A DNA stretch of 62,829 nucleotides, counting the filler, from Dugesia japonica (taxonomy: Eukaryota), in NCBI GenBank assembly GCA_001938525.1. It is 5 parts of 5 records of this genome, joined end to end, with 100 filler letters (N's around TTAATTAATTAA, not from the genome) between each part and the next. Parts side by side here need not be neighbours in the genome. Positions count along the whole stretch, not along the records: positions 16,894 to 29,320 come from MQRL01295592.1; positions 29,421 to 43,605 come from MQRL01459948.1; 3 more parts are not named here. One strand, 5' to 3'. Under the pieces are notes generated by a model. The model made no database searches. It worked only from the letters and a program-made list of their open reading frames with translations, and was not told the DNA's origin. Shown in pieces: positions 27,400 to 41,079 of the stretch; the stretch's first letter is position 1; every line of letters starts with the position of its first letter. A program made the translations under genes and the position numbers.

Positions 27400-28030
27400 A
27401 TACAAATTAATAAGACTTTTGAAATCATTTTGATGATCTCTGAAATATATGTATATTCTTTGTGTCTTTCAAAGACGTCACTTACAATATTAATGGCATT
27501 TTCAGGTTCTTCAATTGGAATTGATCTATATAGATTTGTTACATCTCATGAACCAAATTCATCATCATTCTTCCAGTCATAATTTTTAATTCATTCGATA
27601 AACTCATAACTATTCTTTAAATGTGCCAGAATGAAACTTAATAGTGATCTTAATTTATCGACCATAAGTTTGCATAATGCAGTAGTAGGAGTGTCAGAAG
27701 TGTTAACATTAGTTCTTTCTTTCCTTAGTGTTTTGTAATCTTTAGAACACAATACATCGATGATGGAATTTGTTCATGACATTTAACTGTTAAAAGTAAA
27801 GATTTTATTGGGTTTCATGTTTTCCTGCTATTTGAATTAATTGTTTGTTGAATCTAATTTCTTCTGTAGTTGGGAGTCTTTTGTGGGCTATTGTTTCAAA
27901 ATTATTTAAATGTTCAGAAAAAATTCATTGCATGTTTATTCAGATTCAGCTACCAATTTTTTTGTTTTATCAGTTGGTGTAATGATAATTGATTTTAAAA
28001 TTTTAATTTCTTTAATAATTTGATTTTAGT
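27400..28030 (-). mobile_element. Penelope-like RT fragment
   Basis: IIITPTDKTKKLVA; DTPTTALCKLMVDKLRSLL...HLKNSYEFIE...FGS*DVTNLYRSIP, matching PLE RT motifs (PADKG, SFDVxSLFTNIP). Confidence 0.75.
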
Positions 28031-28057
28031 ATTTAGATATTAGCGCATCAAAACACT

Positions 28058-29320
28058 AGCAGTTATCGCGCACCCCCTCCCCAGGGGGGCTCGAAAACAC
28101 ATTACGCTTGCGCTATGATTTTTTGGTTACATTTTTTTTCTAAAATTTTTAGGATCAAAAAAAGTTTTGATCGGACCATATTTTTTTGATCCTGGTGGTG
28201 TGTGTATTTTTAAATTTAGTTGTTTTCTAAAAAGTAGGTCAAGTTGAGTTTGTGTGTGTGAAAGAAGGTTTTTAGACTCGAGTTAGAGCTGGAGATCTTG
28301 GAAATGATTTTTTTGGAGTCTTTAAGATTTGGTTGTTGTTGGACAAAAATTTGGTCTATATATTGTTTTAAGGACTTATGGGGTTGGATGGATGGATTTT
28401 GCTAGAAGTGTGGTAGCCCATCAGATCATTTGTATGAGTTATCTTTGGGTGTTTTTTCGGAGGCTGTAGGTTTGTATGTGATTGATGGAATTTATTGGTT
28501 AATGTGTTGTTTGAGAGGTAATGTGACGGAGAGATTTTTATATGTCAATTGTGCTTTGATTTTTTATTTTAGGGGCTTGAATTTGATTGGTTCATTTTTG
28601 TAAGTAGAACCAGGAAAAAGGGAGTCTTGATACTTTTTTTGGCGGGAAATTTAAAAGTTTTTTTGAGCAGACTTTATATTTATGTATGAGATGGAGCCGT
28701 CTTGATATTTAGCATGGGAAGTTTCTATGTTTACCATGGTATGGGGCAGTCTCTATATTTTACATTGTATGGGCAGTCTCTAAATTTTACATGGTATTTA
28801 TGCATGGTATGGGCAGTCTTGATATTTTGCATGTTATGGGCAGTCTTTTTATTTTACATGATATGGGTAGTCTTTATATTTTACATGGTTTGGGCAGTCT
28901 ATATTTTAAGCATCCTATATTTTGCATAGGATGGAACAGACTTCGCAGTAAATGGGTCAGTCTTGATAATTTTTGGAGATTGGACAGTATTGATTGAAAC
29001 ATTATTGATTATTTCTTTATATTTTACTTTAGATGCGACAGTCTTGATATTTTGCAAGGATGGGACAGTCTAAATTTTATAGGCATGCGATTTTTAGTGT
29101 ATGTGTGTTGCATTCTCATGGCGTCTGAGTTACATACCTATTGCATTTATTAAAAATTTATTTTAAAAAATCAATAAAAATTCAAAATGGCTGATATGTT
29201 GAGTTTTAAAAATTTCTTTTTGGTGAGAAATTTATTAAAAATTCTCAGACACATGATTTGCAGTGTATGTGTGTTGCATTCTTGTGGCATCTGAGTTGCA
29301 TAAATATTGAATTTATTAAT
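28058..29320 (+). repeat. Polinton-type terminal repeat with GC hairpin and ~28-29 bp subterminal tandem array; second copy 43369-43605
   Basis: AGCAGTTATCGCG..CCCCC..GGGGGGCTCG.AAACACATTACGC at both sites; ATGGGCAGTCTT.ATATTTT units at 28680-29080; inverted relatives at 47230-47568 and 55140-55502. Confidence 0.65.
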
Positions 29321-32300
29321 NNNNNNNNNNNNNNNNNNNNNNNNNNNNNNNNNNNNNNNNNNNNTTAATTAATTAANNNNNNNNNNNNNNNNNNNNNNNN
29401 NNNNNNNNNNNNNNNNNNNNTGACGTTGAAAAGTATAGTTATTTTCAAATATATCTGCATTAATAAATATTATTCAAATTAATTAGACAAGTACCGAATA
29501 AAAAATCTCTAATCCATAATACAGTTTTATTTTTCTTATAATCAAGAGTTTCAATTATTATTTCTCTCTTTTAAAGAAACTTCCAAGTTTATTTCCATGA
29601 TTTCGTTTATGCTTTCTGGTTTTAAATAATAAGTATGATAAAGATCCAACTTTTATCTTCAAATAATTCAGGTGGTATTCTTGACGAGAAAATCATTTAA
29701 CGATATAGATTGACTTAACAAAGTGTTCGACAATAATAAACGGTAAACTATTTTTACATTGCGTCTAAATCACAAACAATTGTTTCATTGAAACATATTG
29801 ATTGAAATTTGTAAACTATTGATTAAGAATAAAAAAATATTAATAATTATAAAATATTTATTAATAATATAAGTTGATTTTTTTTTTACAAATTCAATCA
29901 CATTTCAATGTGAACATGGTATCATGGTGATAAAACAGGCAATAAATGTTAAGATTATTATGCAATAATTTACAGCCTTGTTCAGAAAACAGTTTCATTG
30001 AGAAAATACTTTTTAAGTTTCCATTATGTGTAAATGTGAGTTAGCAATTACTAATACAGTACATTAATATTTGACCTTGACCTTCGGAAAAACTACATAC
30101 ATACGTTTAAAGCAAACTGGGCCAGAAAGCCAATGTAAATACTTCACATTACTTGTCTTGATAGACACACATATTTTTAATCCTCCGTTACATAATATTG
30201 ACTAGTCTCAAGGTTAATTTTTTTTGTAAAAAATAAGAAAAATTAAATATGAAGATATCAAACTTCTTTGATTGCACTAGTTAGAATTGTTATTAACATC
30301 ACAGAATAATGTCCTTTAAAAATTTGGTTAAAACTTATCGTATTTTAAACAGATTCGTAATTAGAAATGAAAAGATTGTATTGTGTTTTCAATTATTCAA
30401 TAGTCGATTTAAAGATCTGGAGAAATATAAGTATATGTATGAGTACAGAGAATATATTTGTATCCAGAAACATTGTTTATGATATACTAAATATAATAAT
30501 TACTATAGATCAGATGAATGTTCAGAATGTATTGAATATAATAATATATTTGTCAGTTATCTGAGGTGGTCAAGTAGATAGTAAATAAAACACAAATAAA
30601 TTATTTTAATTAGATCGCATTTATCAATTTTTTTAGTTAAAGGTTTTCATTTTAGTTTTAATAGTTATTTAATATAATATAAATAACTTTTAATCTCAAA
30701 ATTTGATAAAATGTGAAAATTCATGAGAAAATATTGTCAGTATATTGGATAACAAGATTAAGAAACTGGTAATAAACGTATATACGAATAATTATTAGTA
30801 ATAATTTCTTATTTAACTTTAAAAACATAATGTTTATTATTATATTTCGATTGATGGCTTGCATAGTTTATGTGAGATTGTATTTGGAAAATCATACTGA
30901 GTTACACCTTCATTGATATAGTTAATTCTCTCGGGATGGTAAAATATTTCGTTTCAATAAAACTAGTTTCTTTTGTTTTCGGTTCCATTAAAAAAATGTA
31001 CAGAATAGAGTTGAGAACAATTTTTTAAGAAATATTTATAAAGAGAGAATTAAATAAANNNNNNNNNNNNNNNNNNNNNNNNNNNATTGTAATTAAACAA
31101 ATAAAATAATTAATTTACTGATGAAAATCAATAATTTTCATTTTATTTATTTATTGTTGAAAATATATATTTTTCTGGGAATTTGTTAACATAAATATAA
31201 TATTAAATATAACTTCTTTTTACTATTTATAAACTATTTACTTTTTAAAATTTATTTTTTGGTTTTTAAAAATTAATTAATTCTTTTACAAATTAATTTT
31301 CAATATTTTTTAGATAAATTAATTTTATTAATTTATGTGGAATGATAAAGTTAGTTATTAGGTCATTCGGAAAGTAAAGGCGGATTTCTAAAACAAACTT
31401 TAAACTATCATAACTAAGTACTAGATAAAATAAGCAACATTGGAATCTTTGAATTTGTGAAAACGTGATACAGGTTTATTGATTTCCATTTGAAAGAAAG
31501 ATTTCTGGAGTCAATGAAATCTTTGAATGCTGTTTCTTTATCTGTTTGATTTTTGAACACTTTATCCTTCAAGGAGTACTTAATATTCTTAAAGAAACGG
31601 AAATCTGTGGAAACCAGGTCCGATGATTTTCTTTAGCAAACAAGAGGATAATATCCTAACTTATGTAGATTTTTTTGGATTTCCTCTAGCTGCTCACATT
31701 AGGATATCGTAGTGATTGTAAAAAAAGTGAATAACTTATACAATTGATCAACATACAGTAGGCAAAAACTTCGTTGCATTGAGACTTCTTGGAATTGCTT
31801 AGGGTACTCATCAACTGAAAACCATTGTGCAGAACGTTTGCAGTTATCGTACATAATACACTCTCATCACAAAAAATGATGGTATCCAAGAAGGGATCGA
31901 TGGAATATTTTCTTACGAAAGATGTTGCTATCTCTTATTACTTTTTCATGTGGATTTTTGCTAAATCACGTTTCTAGTTTCTTGTCTTTGTCTACCAAGC
32001 TTTGAATGTTCAAACGTATTTGATTCCAAAACATGCATCTTTGCTGCTATCCCTGACACACTGTGCCTTGGGTCTTCATGGACTATTTGTTTTCAAACAT
32101 CGTCTTTCATTCTTTATCATTAAGAGACTTATTTCCACTTCTGAAACTATCTCAGCACGGTAAGCCGAGCTACAGTACCATCTTCTTAAACAATTTTATA
32201 TTTTCAGTTGTTTCTGTTGTATTGTAACCGAGTTTAAATACGTGAAGTATAATAGTAGGAAAAGCGATCCTGTCCATGAAACTGATAGCTAAAAAGTAAT

Positions 32301-32461
32301 TAAAATTCTATGAAAACCTGTGCAAATTAATAAAAAAAACTTGGTTGTTAATTATACTAACATAAAAAGTCGATTAAAATGTATATTCTATATAAATATT
32401 CTTGAAATTCTGAACTATTCAAAATTAAATAGTAAATAACGTCATTTAAAATAAAACGTTA

Positions 32462-32502
32462 TTGTTATATATTTCTACGGATCAACTGTCATTATCAGAC
32501 AA
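32462..32502 (-). ncRNA. Mutated hammerhead copy in 3' pLTR
   Basis: TTGT-CTGATAA-TGACAGTTGATCCGTA-GAAA-TATATA-ACAA; a core G is changed to A. Confidence 0.55.
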
Positions 32503-33880
32503 CAATGAAAAAATAAGTTTATTCAGTCTATATTATTTAAACAAAGATTAAAGCAATTTTACTGAATATAAGACGGCTATAATTCTTAACTTTTAAAAAT
32601 TCCTAATTTTTTAAATTTTTTAACAATTTTTCAATAAAATAATTAATTTGTATTCTTATAAAAAAAATTTCAATTTTATTAAAATTACTACTAAAATCAA
32701 AGACGTTTTTCAAAAATATTTAAAAAATTTTATTTTGAATTATGTTAAAAAAATTTTCAAAACCTATGAAATAAAAAAAAATTGAAATTTATTTTAAAAA
32801 ATAAAATACAAAACCTATAAAAAACATGAAAATGAGTTAAGATTTCAAAAATTGAAATCAAAAATTTAAAATTTTTTAAATCAATATAGTCTGTACATTA
32901 ATGCTTGGATTATGAAATCTAATCATTAACGTCTCATAAAACACTCTCTCCCAGTAATTCTTAAATTGCTTAGACAAAATTTGAAAGTTCCACATTAGCA
33001 TTATTTTTACTTTTATTTTTATTTTTATGCTCAGTAATATTACTACCACCATCAAAATGATTATGGACCCTTGTACAGAGATGACAGACAGTCTCTCCAA
33101 TGCATGTGGCATCACACCCATTACATTTAAATTGATAAATATGGTTAGAACACAAACCAATTGGTGTATGGGATTNNNNNNNNNNNNNNNNNNNNNNNNN
33201 NNNNNNNNNNNNNNNNATTTTCAATAAAGGAAGATCCTTAGCAGCTTTCAGAATCGAATTCTTAAACTTTTTAAAACCTTCAGAATAAGGAATCGATTAA
33301 ACAAAAGACGTGTTATTAGGTTAAGAATTATTCAATACGGTTTCACTCTTTTTATCGAAATCAATATTATTACCAACCAATATTTTGTCAAGTGTCTGCG
33401 AAGTTAATGAATTTAAGAATTGATTATTATATCCATTAGCTTGCAGTAACTTTAATAAATGTTCAATGCTTTTAATGGATTTTGAATACGTTGAGGACAT
33501 CGACAACGAAATACCCTGTATCATGTTCCTTTTATAAGGAGGATCACAAAAACTATTTTGGGTAACATACAAAACCAGTATCACTTTTCTTTCTGTAGAT
33601 TTCAGTCTCATAATGCGTTGATTTCCTTTCTATTAAAATATCCAAAAACGGCAAAATACCATTTCTTTCCTCCTCTCGTAATGTGTTGATTTCCTTTCAA
33701 TCTATAAAAATAAAAGTAATTGCAATAGAAATTTTTTTAATGAGAATATAAATTATTTTCTTTATAGAAAAACTGTTAAAAATTTTTAAAAATTAAGAAT
33801 TATAGTCGTTTTATATTCAGTATAATCGCATTAATCTTTGTTTAAATAATATACTGAATAAACTCATTTTTTTTCCATTT

Positions 33881-33921
33881 TTGTCTGATGATGACTGTTA
33901 ATCCATCGAAATATATAACAA
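33881..33921 (+). ncRNA. Minimal hammerhead ribozyme in inverted pLTR
   Basis: TTGT-CTGATGA-TGACTGTTAATCCATC-GAAA-TATATA-ACAA. Confidence 0.7.
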
Positions 33922-34289
33922 TAAAGTTTTATTTTAAATGGCGTTATTTATTTTTTATTTAATTTTTTATTAAACATTTCCAAAAGTCAATTAGCATTAT
34001 TATTCATAGCTTCTTTGATACATTATTACTGAACATTTTAAAATCCCCTTTTCATTTTTNNNNNNNNNNNNNNNNTTACTTATACATAAACTTATTTATC
34101 TTACAAAATTTAAACTTAACAAAAAACTTTACATTATAAAATATGAAAATAATAAAAAATTGAAAAATTAAAGACAAGATTTATTGCAGTAAAGTTTTTC
34201 AGAATTATTTGAACTTATTTTAACTGGATGGTACTGACTTGAATGGTATTGTCGCAGTAAAAATAAATAATCAAGTAATTTACTTAAAT

Positions 34290-34485
34290 TGACTGAACTG
34301 GGCATATATTGTGAACAATGCTATATATGTGTATGTGCGATGTTGATTGGTTTACCATGTACACTAGTTTACTATACCCACTGGCTTTCTGTACTCATCG
34401 GCTTACTCTTTGCATTGGTTTACTATGTTACATTGGCCTATTGCACCTATTTACTTATTCTAACCATTGGTTTACCGAAACACAC
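34290..34485 (+). repeat. Degenerate ~21-bp tandem repeat
   Basis: TTGG(T/C)TTAC..TG..CAC units; explains the overlapping spurious ORFs. Confidence 0.6.
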
Positions 34486-36773
34486 ACTGTGTCATACTTT
34501 ATTTCAAAAGGCTTTATTTACATTTTTTATTAAACACTTGCCATTGTTTTTTACATATTTATTGAAAAATAGTTTATTACATTCCGCATGACCTAATAAT
34601 TTGCTGAAATATTTTTATGAGTGTTTTTGCTAACCGACTACATTTATTTTTGCCAGATTAATTATTAAACTTAATTTTTGATTTAGGTTTAATAATTTTG
34701 ATTTAATCAAGGAATTTTTTTTTTCTAATTTAAAAGTAATCCATAAATTAAATAAAAAATAAATATTAAAAATTTTAATATTTTGAACTTATATTTGATA
34801 TAGTGATTTATGACCAAAAAAAATATTTTTAAAAAAGTATTTTATTAAGACTAATTTAATAAAATAAAATGAATTTTTTCATATGTATTATCAGCACCAA
34901 TTAATACTTATGATTTTTGTGAAGTATAAAAATTCTTCTTCAGATAAAGCTATTGGCTTCCCTCATAAAAACGACTAGGCGTAGNCCTGGTTTAAACTGC
35001 TAAATGTGGTTTATAAACAAAAGAAGAAATAGAAGAACAAAATGGTGCAGAGGAAGACCTTAGTTTTGTTCATTCAATAACTGAGTTACAGTCACAATCG
35101 GCCTGATACTTGATATTTAAATGATTGTATTAATATCTAAACAAAAGAATCCTTATTTTTGTAGCCACAGATTTTGTAGCAGAGATTTAATTGCAGAAAA
35201 AAGTAGCGCGAGTATTTAAACTGGAAACTTCAAATCAAATTAGTTGTTTTTATTGAAACACTCATGAAAACAAGTAATTCAAGAATGTATTTAATTTTGA
35301 CACTAAAAATCTAATGAAACTGATATACAAAGATAATTTTTCATAATATCTTGGTTCATCTAGAAGGTTACGATATATGATATTATTTTAAGTATATCCC
35401 TTTGATTCATCGAAATTCTGTAGAAAGGAATGTTAATGTAAAAACTTTTGTATACAAATTGAAAATACACAATGAGATATCTTATAAAAAGCTTGTACTA
35501 GGAGTCAAAGATGCGATTGGTCTAAAAAATTATTACAAAATGATAAGACACTTTAATGAGCTTATGATTCAATAGAGTGTAAATTCAAACGGTATCATCA
35601 GTTTCAAAAATCCTGTAAAATAACCTTTAGTTCAAGTGGATAAACTTAAAATCTTTATACATGACANGATTGACCCTAGATGTAGTAATTTTAAAAAAAA
35701 CATAGATTAAATGTTTAATGAAATCATCATTGAACAAACAAAATTAAAGTCGTCGATTTTTTATCTGATTTCTGGAAAGAATTTGTAATGAATATGAGGC
35801 CACGACTGGGGTTTAGAGTGAAAATAATCTTCTAAATCAGCAGTGATCTCGCTGATAATTGATTCAAAATCCTCTATTTGTAAGCAATAAAGCATCTCTG
35901 ACGCGTACATCGGTTTCGCTTACTTTTACTTTGTTGTTTCTGTTCTAATAAACAAATGAAGAACAGACCTAATAACCATGAAGTAACAGTATTACCATAC
36001 ACCTCAACAATACTTATTATCTGATGAACTGTTAGTAATCTAATGCAAATAATATTTAACTAACAGTTTCATATAATATATATGCTTACTGTAGTCAAGA
36101 ATATAAACTAGACCTCAATTAAATAAAACCTAGATAACTTATTATTCTAACTTTTATATAAATGAAATAAATAAGTCAGGAAAATTATTTTTTACTATAT
36201 ATATATAACTTTACATTCATAAGAAAGAAAGGGTTTTTTCAATTGAATTTAATTTCAGCTTGGATTTCATTAAAATTTAATTAAAATTATTGACCAATAA
36301 AAATTGGTTAAAATAATTTTAACCAGAAAATACAATTGGTTTGTATTTTATGTTTTTTATAAGTGTATCTCTAAATTTTTTTGAAGAAATTATGTGTGAA
36401 TAGGAAAGAACACCACATAAATATGAACAATCAAGTTAGTCATCATGATGGGCGAAATCCTATCAGAAGAGAATTTGAAAATGGAAGACAAAGGTGTTAA
36501 CAGAATAATACACATAACAACATGAAGAGATTATAAAAAGAGATTTTACATGTATAAAAGAGAAACGATACTATTATAATGAAATAATGAATTCGTATCA
36601 GAAGGAATACCCAAATGGTGTAACTTCAATCAAAGTCGAGGATGTTGGGTCGTTGAACTAGGTACCACCAACTATTCCCATTCATTTAAAAGAAAACAAT
36701 TAATTTTCAAATTCCATTTCTTTTAAAATAAAAGCTTCAATCAAAATTTTTGTTTTTTATTGATATTTGATAA

Positions 36774-36810
36774 CAATTCGATATTTCTACTTAGTCTTCT
36801 TCAGGAATTG
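36774..36810 (-). ncRNA. Minimal type I hammerhead motif, same family as 9733
   Basis: CAATTC-CTGAAGA-AGACTAAGTA-GAAA-TATC-GAATTG, followed by the same TTGAT.GAAGCTTTTATTT tail. Confidence 0.7.
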
Positions 36811-38478
36811 ACTTTTCCATTTCTTGTAAAAAATAATATGAAATGTTTTAAAATAATTATCCCATATCTTTGCGTATAATTAATACACTATCTATCGCAC
36901 AGCTTTCACAATTCTAGATTTGGTTTTCAGATTAATTAATAATATGTTCATTTGAAGTGATACAAAAAGGATGAATCAAGATAGAAATTTACATAAATTT
37001 AATTTTGTTATTATTTTATTTACCCCGACTATTTTGTGTTAATATTATTTTATTATGTTTCATAATATTGTGATTGATATAGTTGTGACGATTATATTAT
37101 TTATTTAAGGTTTCGCTTTGATTACACTTTAATTTGTGTAATGATTTTTATATAATATGAACGTAATTTTTTTATTTTAATGTGTACCACAAATAGAAAT
37201 ATCTTACATTCCACGTACATTAAGTATGCGTTAAAAATATCAACAAATAATCGTATATTTCAAGCACGCTCTATTTTAACAAATGAAGACTGAAAATGCA
37301 CTTCTAATAACCAATAACATAGAATGCATTAAATCTTAATAATAATAAAAATAGCAATATTTAGATTTACAAAATTAAAATCATTAATAAAAATCATTTG
37401 ATTATAAATAATTGAACACTAGAAAAATGAATTTAAATTAAAGACAATTTTGTGAAATAACAATAAATTATTATCAGTGAAATTACTACTGGGTAAACAA
37501 TCAAGGAATCAATATTGAGAAAAGACTAATGGATGACTCACCAAATATAACAATTAGATTCCAAAGTCAAAGTTATTTTTAATGTTAACATAGCGTAAGT
37601 TAAATTTATTTTTGATCGGCATGTAATTTTATTTGAAAAAGATAATTAAGAAATCTTTTGTTTTTTAAAACTTTAAATTTAATGAATTGCTGGGATTAGT
37701 GCAGCTTTCAAACATGGCCGAATTCATCCATTTTTTTCTTTAGCAATCTAGCCGGTTCGATTAAATTAATTTTGTAACTTCGTGCATTCTTATTTGATTA
37801 ACTTTATTTGCCGGTATAGTAATTTATTATATTTGTGAATATTTCAATGAAGTTTAAATTTTTGCAAATTAATTTGTCTAAAATGGTTAAAACATTTTTA
37901 TTGATTGTTGAACTGTATCCGTTCAAGTTTATATATAACCAAAATTTTGTTAATTAAATAGCTCAATTTCCAGGGATATAATTTGAGATTTTTAATTTAA
38001 CGAATTACATAAGAATTACTCAACAACANNNNNNNNNNNNNNNNNNNNNNNNNNNNNNNNNNNNNNNNNNNNNNNNNNNNNNATATATTATACGATGTAG
38101 CAACTCAAATAACTGCTTAAAAGAAAGTCTTTATGACTCACTTCAGACTAGTGTCTGATTCATAATTCTCTAAATTTTGGGTTTATTAATAAAGTTATTT
38201 GTTTAGACACCGACAAATTGGAAAAATCTGAACAGATACAATCCAAACAATCTATATTTAGAAAAAAAATTCTTTTGCAATCTATGGGGATGCTTTAAAA
38301 GAAAACGAAGAAATCAAATATACAGTTCCGATAAATAAAAAGGTCAAACTGTAAAATGTTGTTTATAATTGAAATAAACAATATTTAATTTCGTTTTAGT
38401 AGTTTATGTATAAAGTTTTAATGATAATAATAAAATCAATAACATTGATATAAAAAAATCATTAACAAAATAATAAAT

Positions 38479-38484
38479 TTTATT
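38479..38484 (-). terminator. Candidate AATAAA polyadenylation signal of piwi
   Basis: AATAAA on the minus strand about 65 nt after the stop; the motif is common in AT-rich DNA. Confidence 0.4.
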
Positions 38485-38548
38485 AGACACCAATAATAAT
38501 ATTAATAGTACATATTAATAGTAGCAAAAATTGACTTAGACAACTATT

Positions 38549-41026
38549 TTACAAGTAAAATAAACGTTCCCTAATTCTTTCATTAATAGTCGGAGGGGTC
38601 GCTCCACGATGTACTTTGCCAACTAATTCCGCTAAACGATGTGCATAATGAGTTGGCACCGGAACTCTTATAGTTCCCATCCAATTAAAGTAAAGATGAG
38701 TTAGGGAAAACGTTATTTGTTGCAAAACGCTTGGAGCCATAGGTGAAATCTCATTTGTTTTCTTATTATTATACTTGGTATCCATGAGAACATTATAATT
38801 TGTCGGAGATGCAGTGCCTTTAGTAGTTCTCTAAAATAATTTTCTTATTTAAAATTTAAATAATTAAAAATTAAAAACCTGTGAAACTAAATAGAATTCA
38901 TAAAAGTTAGGCTTCACTATCTTCTCATCTACGACAGTTCCCGGATTCGGATTAGCGCCATCTTTGAAGAATTTTACACTTATTCGCTTTTTAACAACCA
39001 CGTAAATTATTTGTGGTAAATTTTGATTTTCATATATCTTCTCGATCATTTTCATTACTGCCTCTGTTTCGAATTTTTTTGTAAATGCTAGTTGCGAATC
39101 TCCTACACCATCACGGTAAATAATAAATCGATGCGGCATAGTGCCAAACTTTTGCTGGAATGTTGTTATTGCAGTTAAGAAATTTTTGCCGAGATTTTCA
39201 TGGAATTCATTTTTACCTTTGGAAGAATTGACGAAGCTTATATACTGTGAAAACTTGGAACTTATAGAAAACACAGACGCTTGAACAGATCTTTTTCCAG
39301 TTTTACTGTGGAATGTGTCTAATCCGACAATCATTGTCGGTGCCATCTTAAGATTGATACCCCATGGGTCATATCCCAATTTAGAAAACATTTGCATGAC
39401 TGATTTATCAGCCACAGTTTTACGGCGTCTATCATCTCGGTTACTACCGTTTCTTTGAGTTACACATTGAGTCAACAATCCAGTAGACATAGTAAAATTT
39501 TTAACTTTTGCGTATATTTTATCGTCAGGTATGAAAACCAGTGCCAAATGAACTTTATTAACACGAACGAATTCACTAAGAGCTTCTTCGACTTCATTAC
39601 CTCTACAGGAAGATATATTATCAATTGTGTAATTTATTCGGAGTCTTCCAATCTCTCTTTTAACATCGTCAATAAAATTATTAAAGTGATTTGGATTACG
39701 ATCAACAACTAAAACACCAAATCTATGTGCTATCCCTTTAGGAACATCAAATTTCACTTCACCGAATTTCCAATCATCTGGAATTTTTGCATTTATTTTC
39801 ACATCATTCGACGCAATATCTACTGGTGGTAATTCACGACCACGAATAGTAATAGGCTGTTCTTCAATACTCATATTCCAATTTGTCATAAAATTTTTGG
39901 ATTTTCCACCTCCTGTCCATTTGCAAAAATCTTTAATATCATTTAGTCTTTCTCGAGGCTCTCTTTTTAGAACACCACCTAAACTTTTTTGTAGATTTAA
40001 ATTGCTTCTTTCGCTATCAGAAAATCCACACAAATAACACAGTTCACCTGGAATTGATAAACTTTGATCCATTTCCTTAGGACCTTCTGGCTCATTTTCA
40101 CTTTTTTCCTTAGGATTATGAGCCGCTGATCTCTTAATTCTTGATATAACAAATGGCTGCTTGTCGGTTTTTAAATTTATATTATAACGCTGTTTGAAAT
40201 AATTTGAATAAGAAATTTTGGATCCATTTAAATCTATTTCGTCATTGATATCCATTTCTTTTATATCAGAAATTCGATAAGTCTTATTATTGTATTTAGT
40301 AATTATATCGCGCCCTATTAATTGATCTATTTGATCTCTTCTATAAACTGCAAGCACTGAGTTTTCATTGAGAACACGATTAATTCTTTCCAAGTACAAT
40401 AAAGTTGAAGCTGTTCCATCATCATTTGTACCTCTTGTAATTGTAGTGGAATAACCACCTAAAATTTTAAAATTCTCCATCTTGAAAAAACTAGGTCCTT
40501 CTCGTATACCGCCACTTTCACAATTCGAACCCAAAAAAAACTGTCTTCCGATTTTTTCCTGGCCCATAAATAATTGAATGTTGTTAAATACAATATTAAT
40601 CATCTGATAATATTCTTCTGAATTTTTCAAAAATGTTGTCAGCAATCTTATTGAAATTTCAACGTTATTAACCGTAAATTTCTCAACATCATCTGTTGTA
40701 TTCCATTTAGTTGTTGTAAACAATCTACGACCATCAAAACAAAATGGCTGTCCATCACCTTTCGTTTTTCCATATGCCAAAAGTAATTCAAGTTTCGAGC
40801 GAATACTTTTTGGCTCCATGACAACATCGTACATATAAAACGGACCTTCAACTTTTATGCTAAAATTAGCGTAGTTCGATTTTAGATTGACCACTCTACC
40901 ATCTTTGCCAACCTTGTCAATAATTGTTTCTGGTTGCAAAGCTGGTTCAATTATCGCAAATCTTCTTTGAAGACCACCTCTTCTTGGTCTTGAAGCAGGA
41001 TCCCTTGGAACATTAGTTATATCCAT
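38549..41026 (-). CDS. piwi-1: PIWI-clade Argonaute (planarian piwi-1/SMEDWI-1/PiwiA-like), 809 aa; coding exons 41026-38879 and 38830-38549
   Basis: The 720-aa ORF carries PAZ (TKYNNKTYRI, YFKQRYNI, IPGELCYLCG), MID (LLTQCV) and PIWI motifs (IVGLDTFH, YRDGVGD, VVVKKRI, NPNPGTVVD). A GT-AG intron at 38878-38831 (48 nt) joins FYLVSQ to RTTKGTASPTNYNV...HLYFNWMGTIRVPVPTHYAHRLA...RLFYL*. PIWI identity is very secure; the piwi-1 paralog assignment rests on recalled N-terminal similarity and length. Confidence 0.95.
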
Positions 41027-41033
41027 TTAAATT

Positions 41034-41079
41034 CTAGAAAAACTAAAAATTAAAATTCTCGATGATAAAGATTTCTTAC
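41034..41079 (-). other. Probable 46-nt 5'UTR intron of piwi
   Basis: Minus strand reads GTAAGA...TTTTTCTAG, ending 7 nt before the ATG; same size class as the coding intron. Confidence 0.65.

Larger units (their letters stand above)
32434..33950 (-). mobile_element. 5'-truncated Penelope-like retroelement (RT thumb + GIY-YIG) flanked by inverted pseudo-LTRs
   Basis: IYQFKCNGCDATCIGET..HLCTRV.NH and YETLMIRFHNPSINVQ endonuclease; SFCDPPYKRNMI..LLQANGY thumb; ~190-bp inverted repeats at 32434-32625 and 33770-33950. Confidence 0.9.
31356..34598 (-). mobile_element. Mariner element (transposase pseudogene 32277-31421) with nested insertions
   Basis: MDRIAFPTIILHVFKLG, FRSGNKSLND, FLDTIIFCDE, PDLVSTDFRFF, AFKDFIDSR. 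TIRs TATTAGGTCATTCGGAA (31356) and TTCCGCATGACCTAATA (to 34598) have TA flanks. Confidence 0.85.

Noticed and set aside
28680-29080. CRISPR-like array or hydrophobic ORFs
   Set aside because: Degenerate tandem units without unique spacers, in eukaryotic context; the ORFs are repeat translations.
35000-35900. Possible hAT transposase relic (DPR-like motif)
   Set aside because: Only one weak motif is recognisable.
36650-36695. Short resemblance to the piwi last exon
   Set aside because: Too short and not conserved in frame; likely chance.
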